A stretch of DNA of 62,451 nt, the filler included. It is 6 parts of 6 records of this genome, joined end to end, with 100 filler letters (N's around TTAATTAATTAA, not from the genome) between each part and the next. Parts side by side here need not be neighbours in the genome. Positions count along the whole stretch, not along the records: positions 1 to 9,998 come from DRR723986_6304; positions 10,099 to 23,166 come from DRR723986_6305; 4 more parts are not named here. One strand, written 5' to 3'. Made by a program: the position numbers and the translations under genes. Below, piece by piece: positions 1 to 10,600 of this stretch. Numbering within the stretch: the first letter of the stretch is position 1; each line of letters starts with the position of its first letter. The notes beneath the pieces were generated by a model, which had not been told where the DNA came from, did no database searches, and worked only from the letters and a program-made list of their open reading frames with translations.

Positions 1-2
1 AT

Positions 3-1064
3 ATCAGCGACGCGAGCCAGTCCGGTAACGACACGCCGACAACCGGCACAGATGATCCGGTAAATTCGAACGGTATTACGACCCGCACATTGCCGGCGGC
101 TACCGACACGGTGTATCTCAACCTGGAAACCGGGGAAAGTGTGGAGTCTTCTGAGGACTGGCACATTTCCGCCAACCGGCTAGCGTTTAAGCTGAACAGT
201 GGTGCTTCAGGTAATGGCTCGGTGGGTGGTGCTCTGGCCGTGGCGCAAGACGATTTCTATCAGAACGGCCAGCCCGATTTTAACGTGTTCTCGAACGCAA
301 ACCAGAACTCGGAAGAGGAGCACCTGCTCGGTCAGTTCAGTGAGCCCGGGGAGTGGCAGCAGGATGGATTCTCCAGCGCTTTTGGTGAGTCGGCCAACTG
401 GTCGATTTATGGCGCTGGCGGTGTGATCAGTGAAAAGCCGGATGTCGCCTACCTGGTGCGTTCAGCCGAGGGTAACAGTTACGCCCGGATGCGTGTTGTC
501 GACTTTAACTTTCCCACCCGTGCGGGCAACGGCATCGAGGGGTTCAGGTTTGAATTTGAGGTGCAGGGCGCCGGCGAGGCGGTGTTCAGCGGCACCACGA
601 TCGCGTTCGAGCCGCCTGCAGGTTTCAACGGCATGGAGGCTTGCTACAACTTTGATGCCGATGCGGTCGAGGATTGCACCACCAGCACCACCTGGGACAT
701 ACAGGTCGGTTTTTCTGGCAGGGACTGGTTTCTCAAGTCCAACAGCGGCGTGAGCGGCAACGGTAATGGTGGTGCATCAGATCCCATGACTTGGGATGAA
801 GCGGATGCGCTGGATGCGGACCCCGGCGTACCACAGCTTTACGCAACAGACTCCACCGGCGGCGTGTTTTCTGAGCACAGCTGGTATGAATATAACCTCA
901 ACGGTGGCCACAAAATCTGGCCGAATTTCCGCACTTACCTGATAAAAACCGATGTTGATAACCCGGCCTCGACGGTCTGGGCTCTGCAGATTGTGAACTA
1001 CTACAACGAAAGTGGTACCAGTGGTAATCCAACCGTTCGCTGGTTGCCCGTTACTACCGAATAA
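3..1064 (+). CDS. hmuY: HmuY-family heme-binding protein, two tandem HmuY-like domains (5'-truncated)
   Basis: Frame is open from base 3. Repeated W-(H/D)-I...K-x-NSG-x-SGNG motifs, 'WYEYNLNGGHKIWP' and 'LQIVNYYNESGTSG' are typical of HmuY. Lies directly upstream of hmuSTUV. Confidence 0.8.
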   Translation: MSDASQSGNDTPTTGTDDPVNSNGITTRTLPAATDTVYLNLETGESVESSEDWHISANRLAFKLNSGASGNGSVGGALAVAQDDFYQNGQPDFNVFSNANQNSEEEHLLGQFSEPGEWQQDGFSSAFGESANWSIYGAGGVISEKPDVAYLVRSAEGNSYARMRVVDFNFPTRAGNGIEGFRFEFEVQGAGEAVFSGTTIAFEPPAGFNGMEACYNFDADAVEDCTTSTTWDIQVGFSGRDWFLKSNSGVSGNGNGGASDPMTWDEADALDADPGVPQLYATDSTGGVFSEHSWYEYNLNGGHKIWPNFRTYLIKTDVDNPASTVWALQIVNYYNESGTSGNPTVRWLPVTTE

Positions 1065-1079
1065 CTAAAAGGAGAGCGT

Positions 1080-2156
1080 ATGCACGACACAATGATGAAC
1101 CCGGTTGAAGGCCCGCGGCAAGCATTGGCTGCCCGTCTCCAGGCGCTGCTGAAGGATGAGCCCAACCTGCGGGTGCGGCAAATGGCTGACAAGCTCAACG
1201 TCAGTGAAATGGAACTGATGCGGATACGCACTGGCGACGCCCTGATTCCGCTGAAAAAAGATTTTCCCGGCATCCTGAAGGCGCTGGAAGCTGTGGGGCC
1301 GGTGATGATTCTGACCCGCAACGAACAGGTGGTGCATGAAGTTACCGGCACCTTCAGGGATTTCACCGCTGGCGGTTCCGGCGCTATGGGCCTGGCAGTG
1401 GGTGAGATCGATATCCGTGTGTTCTTCAAGGCCTGGGCCTGGGGCTACCGGGTAAAAGAGCAGGTACGGTCCGGGCTGCGGGAAAGCCTGCAGTTTTTTG
1501 ATAAATACGGTGTCGCCATACACAAGATCTACCGGGTGGACGACACCGACGGAGCTGCCTGGGATTCGCTGGTCGAGAATTTTGCTGCAGATGAACTGGA
1601 ACCGTTCATTCCCAATGGCACCCGCCCGGCGACGGAGCGTGCAGACGCCGACAGCATTGATGTTGAAGCCCTGCGGGATGGCTGGAGCAAGCTCAAGGAT
1701 GTTCACCTTTTTGGCGCTCTGCTAAAAAAAACCGGTGCCGACCGCCTGACCGCCCTTGAGCTGCTGCGGGGCGAGTGGGCAACCGAGTTGCAGAGCCCAA
1801 AGGACGATATCTGTGATCGCTTGCTGGAACTGCTGCGCGACAATCAGTGCCGGGCGATGATCTTTGTCGGCAACCCGGGCATCGTACAAATCTGGACCGG
1901 TCAGGTAGAAAACCTGCGCCGCAGCGGCCCCTGGATGAATGTGCTCGATAGCAGATTCAACCTGCACGTGAATACCGCTTCAATCACCCGTTGGTGGCTG
2001 GTTCGTCGGCCCTCCACAGACGGCATCATTACGTCTGTTGAAGCCTTTAATGCCGAGGGCGAGCTGGTTCTTACCGTGTTCGGTGACCGAAAACCGGGTA
2101 TTCCTGAATCTGAGCACTGGCGCGAGCAGGCCCGCACCCTGGAGGCGCTGTCATGA
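1080..2156 (+). CDS. hmuS: Hemin-degrading/trafficking factor HemS/HmuS/ChuS
   Basis: Motifs 'LTRNEQVVHE', 'IDIRVF', 'SLQFFD..G.AIHKIY', 'MIFVGNPG.VQI'. RBS AAGGAG. Confidence 0.92.
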   Translation: MHDTMMNPVEGPRQALAARLQALLKDEPNLRVRQMADKLNVSEMELMRIRTGDALIPLKKDFPGILKALEAVGPVMILTRNEQVVHEVTGTFRDFTAGGSGAMGLAVGEIDIRVFFKAWAWGYRVKEQVRSGLRESLQFFDKYGVAIHKIYRVDDTDGAAWDSLVENFAADELEPFIPNGTRPATERADADSIDVEALRDGWSKLKDVHLFGALLKKTGADRLTALELLRGEWATELQSPKDDICDRLLELLRDNQCRAMIFVGNPGIVQIWTGQVENLRRSGPWMNVLDSRFNLHVNTASITRWWLVRRPSTDGIITSVEAFNAEGELVLTVFGDRKPGIPESEHWREQARTLEALS

Positions 2157-3001
2157 GATCGCAACTGGCCGGCATCTTGTTGGCTGTGGCGATGGTCTGG
2201 CCTGGGGTATGTGCTGCCGCGGATATCCGCTTGGTCACAGCTGATGGGGCCATCACCGAGATTGTCTATCGGTTAGGGCTGGAATCTTTACTGGTAGGGG
2301 TGGACACCACCAGTGGTTTTCCGGAAGCGATCGCAGCCCTGCCCAAGGTCGGCTATTTACGGGCACTGCCCTTTGAAGGAGTGCTCGCACTGCAGCCGGA
2401 TATGCTGATCACCTCTGAGCAGGCCGCGCCGCAAAAGAATCTGGAGCGATTGAGCAAGGCCGGTGTGCAGGTGGAAATTCTGCCCTCGGCCTGGAGTTCC
2501 GAGGCGTCTCTGCACCGGGTGCAAACCGTCGGCGGTCTTCTGGGTAAGGAAGCCGAAGCCCGTGCTCTGGTGGCAGACCTGCAGGCCCGGATTGATACCC
2601 TGCACAGGTCGGCCGAGGCTCGCGGGTATCGCCCGAAGGTATTGTTTGTGCTGGCGGCCGGCAATCACTCGGTGATGCTGGCGGGCAAGAATACTGCCGC
2701 CGAAGCGCTGCTCGATGAAGTGAACGCGGACATCGCCTTTGCCGATCTGGAAGGCTACAAGCCAGCCAGCCGGGAAGCGATTCTGGCGTCACAGCCAGAT
2801 GCCATCGTGATCGCCGAATCGGTACCCGGGCAGTTTAATATCGACAACTGGCCAGAGTTGCAGTTGCTGGATGCCTGGAAGTCTGGGCACAGGCTGCAGG
2901 CTGACAGTATGTTGCTGCTCGGCTTTGGCCCCCGCCTGGTGGACGCGATGGCGGCGGTGAACGAGGTATTGCCGGGTAGGCAGGGTGTGGCTAACCGATG
3001 A
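2153..3001 (+). CDS. hmuT: Heme ABC transporter periplasmic binding protein
   Basis: Signal peptide, 'GVDTTS', heme-ligand Tyr in 'VGYLRAL..EGVL', 'LLGFGPR'. ATGA overlap with hmuS. Confidence 0.92.
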   Translation: MRSQLAGILLAVAMVWPGVCAAADIRLVTADGAITEIVYRLGLESLLVGVDTTSGFPEAIAALPKVGYLRALPFEGVLALQPDMLITSEQAAPQKNLERLSKAGVQVEILPSAWSSEASLHRVQTVGGLLGKEAEARALVADLQARIDTLHRSAEARGYRPKVLFVLAAGNHSVMLAGKNTAAEALLDEVNADIAFADLEGYKPASREAILASQPDAIVIAESVPGQFNIDNWPELQLLDAWKSGHRLQADSMLLLGFGPRLVDAMAAVNEVLPGRQGVANR

Positions 3002-4031
3002 TGTTGACCCCTACTGGCCGCCTGGATGCGAAGCCTGCGCTGCTGATACTGGGTAGTGTTGCCCTTGCAGTGGCGCTGGTTTCGGTCTCCAGTGGTGCTT
3101 ACCCTTTGTCAGTCGCCGACATTCTGCGCGTAATAGCCGGTAAGGAAGCCGCCGACCCGGTGGCCTCTATGGTATTTCTGGAAGTGCGGATGCCCAGATT
3201 TCTTTTAGGGTATCTGGTGGGCGCGGTATTGGCAGTCTGTGGTGCCGTTTTGCAGGGGTTGTTTCGCAACCCGTTGGCCGACCCCGGCCTGATCGGGGTG
3301 TCGGCCGGTGCCTCGCTGGCCGCGATTGCCGTGATTGTGCTGGGTAATACCTGGCTGGGTGGCTGGCTGGCGCTGACCGGTGACTGGGCCTTGCCCATTG
3401 CGGCATTTATTGGCGGAAGCCTGACGGTACTGCTGGCCTGGCGCATCGCTAACCGCTCCGGCCAGACTGCGGTAGCGACGTTGTTGCTGGCGGGCATTGC
3501 CATCAACGCTGTGGCTGGCGCCGGTACCGGGCTGCTGACTTTCTACGCCAGCGACGAGGAGCTGCGGTCACTCACTTTCTGGACCATGGGCAGCCTTGGC
3601 CATGCCGGTTGGGATGACCTGGTGCTGGGCGCGCCGTTTATGGTGCTGGCACTGGTGCTTGCGCCCTGGCTGGCGCGCCCGCTGGATGCCTTTTTACTGG
3701 GCGAGTCGGTGGTTGGCCATCTGGGCTACCGTACCGACACCGTTAAGAAAGTGGCCATTGTGGTGGTGGGGCTTGGCGTGGGAGCGGCCGTTGCAGTCAG
3801 CGGGCTGATTGGATTTGTCGGGCTGGTGGTGCCCCATCTGGTGCGCCAGGTGTTGGGGGCCAGCCATCGAATCGTATTGCCATTCAGTGCCTTGCTGGGC
3901 GGCACTTTGCTGGTGGCCGCGGATTCGCTGGCCCGTGTGGTGGTTGCACCTGCCGAGCTGCCCATCGGGCTGATGATGGCGTTGATTGGCGGGCCCTTCT
4001 TTCTGGCGCTTTTGCTAAGAATCCGGGTGAT

Positions 4032-4035
<4 letters not shown>
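2998..4035 (+). CDS. hmuU: Heme ABC transporter permease (FecCD family)
   Basis: 'RMPR', 'QGLFRNPLADPGLIGVSAGA', 'IGFVGLVVPH'. Confidence 0.93.
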
Positions 4036-4850
<815 letters not shown>

Positions 4851-5271
4851 ACCACCAGGGCGGTGGTATTGGAAAGGTTGAGGCTACGACTTTCCGGACG
4901 CATGGGTACCCGAAGACGGTGTTCGGCGGGCAGCCCGTTACGCACGTCTTCCGGCAGGCCCCGGGTCTCCGGTCCGAACATCAGGTAGTCACCGTCCCGG
5001 AACGCCACCTCGTGGTAATGGCGACTTCCCTTGGTGGTGAGACCGAACAGCCGCGAAGGCTGCTCGGTGGCCAGAAAGCTGTCGTAATCCGGATGGATTT
5101 TTACCGTAGCGTATTCGCTGTAATCCAGCCCGGCACGCCGCATCTGCTTGTCCTCAAGGGAGAATCCCAGGGGTTCAATCAGGTGCAGCTGGCAGCCGGT
5201 GTTGGCGCAGAGCCGGATGATATTGCCGGTGTTCGGCGGTATCTCCGGCTCGTACAGGACCACGTGCAGCA

Positions 5272-6450
5272 TCAGCGCTCAACGGCCAGGGCCACACCCA
5301 TGCCACCGCCAATACACAGCGTGGCCAGACCTTTCTTGGCATCGCGGCGGGTCATTTCGTGCAGCAGGCTGACCAGAATGCGGCAACCGGAAGCGCCAAT
5401 AGGGTGGCCCAGGGCAATGGCGCCGCCGTTCACGTTTACCTTGGCGGTGTCCCAGCCCAGGTCCCGGTTGACGGAAATCGCCTGGGCGGCGAAGGCTTCG
5501 TTAGCCTCGATCAGGTCCAGGTCGTCAACAGTCCAACCCGCCCGCTCCAGGCAGCGCTGGCTGGCCGGAATCGGGCCGGTGCCCATGATGGTGGGGTCCA
5601 CGCCGGCATTGGCGTGGGCTTTGATGGTTGCCAGCGGGGTCAGGCCAAGCTCTTTCGCCTTGTCTGCGCTGCACACCATGACCACGGCAGCGCCATCGTT
5701 CAGGGAGGAGGCGTTGCCGGCGGTTACCGAGCCGTCTTTTTTGAAGGCCGGGCGCAGCTTTCCGAGGCTGTCGCCGGTGACGCCGTCGCGGGGGCATTCG
5801 TCCTTGTACACCACCAGAGGGTCGCCTTTGCGCTGAGGAATGGTGACCGGAACAATCTGGCCGTCAAAGTAGCCGGCCTTTTGCGCAGCGACAGCTTTCT
5901 GCTGGGATGCAGCGGCAAACGCATCCTGCTCGTCCCGGGTGATGCCGTATTTCTCGACGATGTTCTCAGCCGTTATACCCATGTGGTAATCGTTGAAGGC
6001 ATCCCACAGGCCGTCGGTGATCATGGTGTCGATCATGCTCCAGTTGCCCATGCGTTGACCGTTGCGGCTGTTGGGCAGTACGTGGGGCGCCAGGCTCATG
6101 CTTTCCTGACCGCCGGCCAGGATCATCTCGGCATCGCCGCACTGGATGGCCTGAACCGCCATGTGCACGGCTTTCAGGCCGGAGCCACAGACCTTGTTGA
6201 TGGTGATGGCGGGCACGGAAGCTGGCAGGCCAGCATTGATGGCAGACTGTCGGGCCGGGTTCTGGCCGCAGCCGGCGGTGAGTACCTGGCCGAGGATAAC
6301 CTCATTGATCTGGTCGCCGGCGACACCTGTTTCTTCCATCACAGCCTTGATCACGGCCGTACCCAGCTGGTCTGCACGCAGGCTGGACAGACCACCACCG
6401 AAGCTGCCGATGGCGGTACGTTTGGCGGCAACAATAACAACATCACGCAT
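5272..6450 (-). CDS. Acetyl-CoA C-acetyltransferase (thiolase, PhaA/AtoB type)
   Basis: 'NKVCGSG', 'NEAFAAQ', 'GHPIGASG', 'LCIGGGMG'. Confidence 0.95.
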   Translation of the reverse strand: MRDVVIVAAKRTAIGSFGGGLSSLRADQLGTAVIKAVMEETGVAGDQINEVILGQVLTAGCGQNPARQSAINAGLPASVPAITINKVCGSGLKAVHMAVQAIQCGDAEMILAGGQESMSLAPHVLPNSRNGQRMGNWSMIDTMITDGLWDAFNDYHMGITAENIVEKYGITRDEQDAFAAASQQKAVAAQKAGYFDGQIVPVTIPQRKGDPLVVYKDECPRDGVTGDSLGKLRPAFKKDGSVTAGNASSLNDGAAVVMVCSADKAKELGLTPLATIKAHANAGVDPTIMGTGPIPASQRCLERAGWTVDDLDLIEANEAFAAQAISVNRDLGWDTAKVNVNGGAIALGHPIGASGCRILVSLLHEMTRRDAKKGLATLCIGGGMGVALAVER

Positions 6451-6575
6451 GAGAACTCTCCGTTAATCTGGGCACCTGGTTGGGTGGCGCCCGTTTATAA
6501 GAATGGCAGGCATTGTAGCGGCAAAGCGCTTGTCGGCCAAAACAACGAAGGTCGGGGTTGTTCTGGTGCGGGTGA

Positions 6576-7316
6576 TCACATATTCAGGCTGCGGCCGCCA
6601 TCCACCGACAGTATCTGGCCGGTGATAAACGGCGCGTCGCATACCAGGTAGGCAATGGCACCGGCAATGTCGGCGGGGTTGCCGGTGCGGGCCAGGGGCG
6701 TTTTATCGAGAATGGCCTGCTGGTGGGCTGCGTCCACGGCTGATTCGCCTTCCGGCCAGAGGATGGCGCCTGGCGACACGCCATTTACCCGAACATCCGG
6801 CGCCAGATCTTTGGCCCAGGAGCGGGTTAGTGCTGCCAGCCCCGCCTTGCTGGCGCAGTAAAGGGGATGGTCCTTCAGTGGTTTCTCACTGTAGATGTCG
6901 ATCATGTTGACCACACTGCCGGAGGCCGCTTTTAGCGCAGGCAAACACTGCTGAAGCAGGAAGAAGGGGGCTTTCAGGTTGGCGCCCAGTATCGTGTTCC
7001 AGTCCTGTTCGGAGGCATCTTCGGTGGGGTTGGGGTAAAACACGGAAGCGTTATTGACCAGAGCATTCAACTGCCCCCACTGCGCGCAGGCCTGTTCCGC
7101 CAGTTGCCGGAGCTGGTTCATGTCGGTGAGATCGGCGTGGTAACACACGGCGGATTCCGGGCGCTGCTGGTTCAGCTTGTCGGCCAGTGCGCGGGCCTGT
7201 TGTTGACGGCCACGGTAATGAATCACAACATTCCAGCCGCGAGCGTGCAGGGTTTCTGCTGTGTGGGCGCCCAGGCGATGGGCTGCGCCGGTGATCAGGG
7301 CGACGGGGTGGGGCAT
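6576..7316 (-). CDS. folM: Pteridine reductase / dihydromonapterin reductase (SDR)
   Basis: 'ITGAAHRLG', 'NNASVF', YxxxK 'YCASK', 'VRVNGVSPGAILWP'. Confidence 0.85.
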   Translation of the reverse strand: MPHPVALITGAAHRLGAHTAETLHARGWNVVIHYRGRQQQARALADKLNQQRPESAVCYHADLTDMNQLRQLAEQACAQWGQLNALVNNASVFYPNPTEDASEQDWNTILGANLKAPFFLLQQCLPALKAASGSVVNMIDIYSEKPLKDHPLYCASKAGLAALTRSWAKDLAPDVRVNGVSPGAILWPEGESAVDAAHQQAILDKTPLARTGNPADIAGAIAYLVCDAPFITGQILSVDGGRSLNM

Positions 7317-7329
7317 GGGATATTTTTCC

Positions 7330-8451
7330 TTATTCCGGTAAGTGCAGTGCCTCAGTAATACGGGCTACGCGCTCTTTCCGGATTGCTTCGCCCAGAGCTT
7401 TGCCCTGAATGCCTTTTTGCAGGAACGGGTGAGGGGTTACGCTCTGGGCCCGATGTGCGGCCAGTTCCAGTTGCTGAATTAAATGGTCGGGTTCGCTCTG
7501 AAGGGTGCAGGCGAGGGTACCCAGCAAAACGCCGAAACGATCGGGCCGGCGCCAGAAATCGGCTTTGTCCAGAAGCTCCATTGCGAGTTCCGGTGTCAGC
7601 CGGGTTTCAGGCGAAGCTCCGTTCAACTGAGCCATGAACAGGCCGACCAGGTGGGTCAGTTCCCGACAGTCGTTGGGGCTTTTCATGGCTTTAGCCCTGG
7701 CAACGGCGTCTGGCTCGGGCACGCCACTGAGCAGCGCCGCGTAATGCTGGGCGGTAGACCCCTGTTTGCGGTGGATGCACTGCAGGGCGCTGAGACCCTG
7801 GCGGAAAGCCTGTTCATCGGTCAATTCAGGGATCAGCACCTGCAGGGCGCCGAGCTCCCGGAGGACATCGAAGAACACGCCTGGAGCCTGTTCGTGCAAT
7901 GCCCTCTGAACTTCCTGCCACACCCGCTCCGGTACCAGGTCTCCGAGTTCGCCACTGGTGACCATCTGCCGCATCAGCGCCATGGTCTCCCGGCAGATGC
8001 TGAACCCGAGTGGCTGCAGGCGCGCGGCGAAGCGGGCGGTGCGAAGGATGCGCAGGGGATCTTCGGCGAAGGCTTCAGACACATGGCGAAGCTTTTTCTG
8101 TTCCAGGTCCGCATGGCCGTTGAACGGGTCCACCAAGTCGCCGTTCTCGGTTTCTGCCATGGCGTTGATGGTCAGGTCACGGCGGCGAAGATCGTCTTCC
8201 AGGGAGACATCCGGTGCACTGTAAACGCTGAAACCGTGGTACCCGCGCCCCTGCTTGCGTTCGGTCCGGGCCAGGGCGTATTCCTCGCCGGTGTCCGGAT
8301 GCAGGAAAACCGGAAAATCCGCCCCTACCTGTTTGAAGCCTCGCTGGATCATGTCTTCCGGGGTGGCACCAACCACTACCCAATCCCGGTCTTTAACGCC
8401 CAGGCCGAGCAGCTTGTCGCGGACAGCGCCGCCCACCAGATAGGTTTGCAT
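7330..8451 (-). CDS. cca: CCA tRNA nucleotidyltransferase (short form); true start MQTYLVGG at 8451
   Basis: 'VGGAVRD', 'DRD', '[10 protein letters not shown]', '[10 protein letters not shown]', 'EDPLRILR'. Confidence 0.93.
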   Translation of the reverse strand: MQTYLVGGAVRDKLLGLGVKDRDWVVVGATPEDMIQRGFKQVGADFPVFLHPDTGEEYALARTERKQGRGYHGFSVYSAPDVSLEDDLRRRDLTINAMAETENGDLVDPFNGHADLEQKKLRHVSEAFAEDPLRILRTARFAARLQPLGFSICRETMALMRQMVTSGELGDLVPERVWQEVQRALHEQAPGVFFDVLRELGALQVLIPELTDEQAFRQGLSALQCIHRKQGSTAQHYAALLSGVPEPDAVARAKAMKSPNDCRELTHLVGLFMAQLNGASPETRLTPELAMELLDKADFWRRPDRFGVLLGTLACTLQSEPDHLIQQLELAAHRAQSVTPHPFLQKGIQGKALGEAIRKERVARITEALHLPE

Positions 8452-8672
8452 AATGCAGTTTGTTCCTGATTGCCATGAATGGGTAACGGGGATTATCCGG
8501 CCACGACCGGCCAGAGGCAAACTGTGGTGAACTGGCGTATTCCGTGATATCCAGCACACTCGATAATGACTTGTTCTGTCTATATCTATAGAGGCAATAT
8601 TTTGCCGTCGAAATTGTTCGAATATGATACCAAATGCTGGAAAGTGAATAAATATCAATTAGGTGGAGAACA

Positions 8673-8688
8673 TGGCGTGATTTTTTCA
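8673..8688 (+). promoter_or_regulatory. Possible sigma-54 (-24/-12) promoter for flgP-flgT
   Basis: TGGCGTGATTTTTTCA has correct GG-N10 spacing but TC instead of GC at -12. It lies about 30 nt before the start. Confidence 0.25.
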
Positions 8689-8717
8689 TGATTCTGGCTA
8701 AAGTCTTTTGTGGAGAC

Positions 8718-9260
8718 ATGATAATGACGTTGCGCTGGATCCTAGTTCCTGTTCTGGCTATTGCTGTTGCCGCCTGTGCGCCGTTGAGCAGTTACTGGAG
8801 CGACCAGTCCAGATCTGAAGTCTTTGAGCCTATAACCGTTCGGGTTAGTGGTTTTGGTGCCTATCAACATGCTCAGAACGATAGGGTTGACCCCAGGAAG
8901 CGGTTACTGGCTCGAAGGGCTTCACAGCTGGATGCCTACCGGAATCTGGCAGAGCGGGTCTACGGTACCGTGATCTACGGCAGTTCCACTGTGAATGACT
9001 TCGTTCTGCAGAACGACAGTTTCCGCACCTATGTGGACAGCTACATTCGCGGCGCCCGGATGGTGGCGGTGAATGAGCATAGCGATGGCGTGGTGGAAAC
9101 GGTGATGGAGCTGCGCCTGGAGCCAAGGTTTCGGGAATGTGTGGCGAAGGTGGCAGACGATCAGGTGCAGGATGTCTGTGCCATTCCCATGCCCAGACGG
9201 AATGATCGTGTAGGGGATGTTGAGGCCCGTCGCACAGATTCCCTGTACTACCTGGATTAG
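8718..9260 (+). CDS. flgP: LPP20-family lipoprotein, flagellar FlgP-like
   Basis: Lipobox AVAAC, 'RASQLDAYRNLAERVYG', 'VDSYIRGAR'. RBS GGAG before ATG 8718. Adjacent to flgT. Confidence 0.75.
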   Translation: MIMTLRWILVPVLAIAVAACAPLSSYWSDQSRSEVFEPITVRVSGFGAYQHAQNDRVDPRKRLLARRASQLDAYRNLAERVYGTVIYGSSTVNDFVLQNDSFRTYVDSYIRGARMVAVNEHSDGVVETVMELRLEPRFRECVAKVADDQVQDVCAIPMPRRNDRVGDVEARRTDSLYYLD

Positions 9261-9315
9261 GTCTGTTGATGAACGCCGTGATTGAACCGGTATCGTTCCG
9301 GTGGGTTGAATTGCC

Positions 9316-9998
9316 ATGATGAGATCAATGCTTCTGTCCTGGGTGCTGAGCTTGTGTACCGGCCTTGCCCAGGGCGTGGTCCTTGAAGGCGTGGGGCATG
9401 CCAATATCCGGGAGAATAATCTCGATCAGGCCCGCACTGAGGCGCGCCAGGCGGCGATGCGCGACCTGGCGCTGCAATATCAGGCCAGGGTCAGCACCCG
9501 GGATACCATGGAGAACGGTCAGCTTGTGGGCTCTCATACCGAGCTGTCGGCCATGGCCCAGGTTCGCAATGCCACGATTGTGGATGAGTACCGAAGTGGC
9601 AATCTGCTGAGGGTGATTGTCCGGGCCGAGATGTCGGATGCCGAAGGCAACGCTGGCAGCTGTAAGGCGGGGCAGGCATCCGGTTTGCGTAAACGGGTGG
9701 CGGTAACCGCGTTCCCGATCACCCGTCCGGAGCAGGGTGGCGGTGCGGCCCTGGATGACGCCGGCGAACAGTTACCGCGGGAACTGGTGGCTCGCTTGCA
9801 AAAACAGGGGCAATTGCAGGTGCTGGGAGCGACATCGTTACAGCTGTTCAGCAATCTGCCGGATGCGCCCACGTCTCAGAAAAACCCGGCCAGCAATCAG
9901 CTGACGAATGTGGTTCAGCTGGCCCGGGAACTGGGGGCGCAGTTTGTGGTGGCGGGTGTGATTCGGGATATTGGCCTGGCTGACCCCGGTGCCTGGGG
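9316..9998 (+). CDS. flgT: Flagellar assembly protein T (FlgT) N-terminal/middle domains, 3'-truncated
   Basis: Signal peptide, 'AR..A...A.RDLALQ' N-domain, 'KRVAVTAF', 'AQFVVAGVIRDI'. Confidence 0.72.
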
Positions 9999-10098
9999 NN
10001 NNNNNNNNNNNNNNNNNNNNNNNNNNNNNNNNNNNNNNNNNNTTAATTAATTAANNNNNNNNNNNNNNNNNNNNNNNNNNNNNNNNNNNNNNNNNNNN
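9999..10098. other. Artificial contig spacer (N44-TTAATTAATTAA-N44)
   Basis: N runs flank a linker with stops in all frames. Confidence 0.99.
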
Positions 10099-10100
10099 CG

Positions 10101-10562
10101 CTGGCCGACAAGATCGTGGTGTTGCAGGCCGGCAGGATCGAACAGGTCGGATCACCGCGCGAACTTTATGAACGGCCGGACAATCTGTTCGTGGCCCAGT
10201 TCATCGGTTCACCGAAGATGAACGTGTTGCCCTGTTCACTCGAAGAAGGACGGTTTTCGCTGCGCGGGCATGGCGGCGGTCCTTATCCGTATGCCGGCAG
10301 CGGACAAACACCGGTGAAACTCGGCATCCGTCCGGAGCACATCAGCCTTGCAACGCCGGGCGAGGGGCATTGCACCGGGACGGTGGAAGTGGCCGAGTAT
10401 CTGGGTGCAGACACCTTCCTTTACGTGGCGCTCGACGGGCTTGAAACGATCCTGGTGCGCATCAGCGGTGCCGAAGACGTGGAGGAGGGTACTCGTGTTG
10501 GTCTGACCTTCGACGAGAGCCGCCTGCATTTCTTCGACGGCGAAGACAAGGCCATCCGCTAA
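10101..10562 (+). CDS. Sugar ABC transporter ATPase (MalK/UgpC family) C-terminal part, 5'-truncated
   Basis: '[37 protein letters not shown]', then a TOBE domain 'LGIRPEH'. Confidence 0.9.
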   Translation: MADKIVVLQAGRIEQVGSPRELYERPDNLFVAQFIGSPKMNVLPCSLEEGRFSLRGHGGGPYPYAGSGQTPVKLGIRPEHISLATPGEGHCTGTVEVAEYLGADTFLYVALDGLETILVRISGAEDVEEGTRVGLTFDESRLHFFDGEDKAIR

Positions 10563-10600
10563 GACTGCCTGTCGGAAAGAACCCGGCCTTTTCGGCGGGT

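Noticed and set aside
8452-8658. 69-aa N-terminal extension of Cca
   Set aside because: AT-rich intergenic promoter region. Homology begins at MQTYLVGG.
10043-10054. TTAATTAATTAA recurring five times
   Set aside because: Artificial linker inside N spacers, not a biological repeat or CRISPR.
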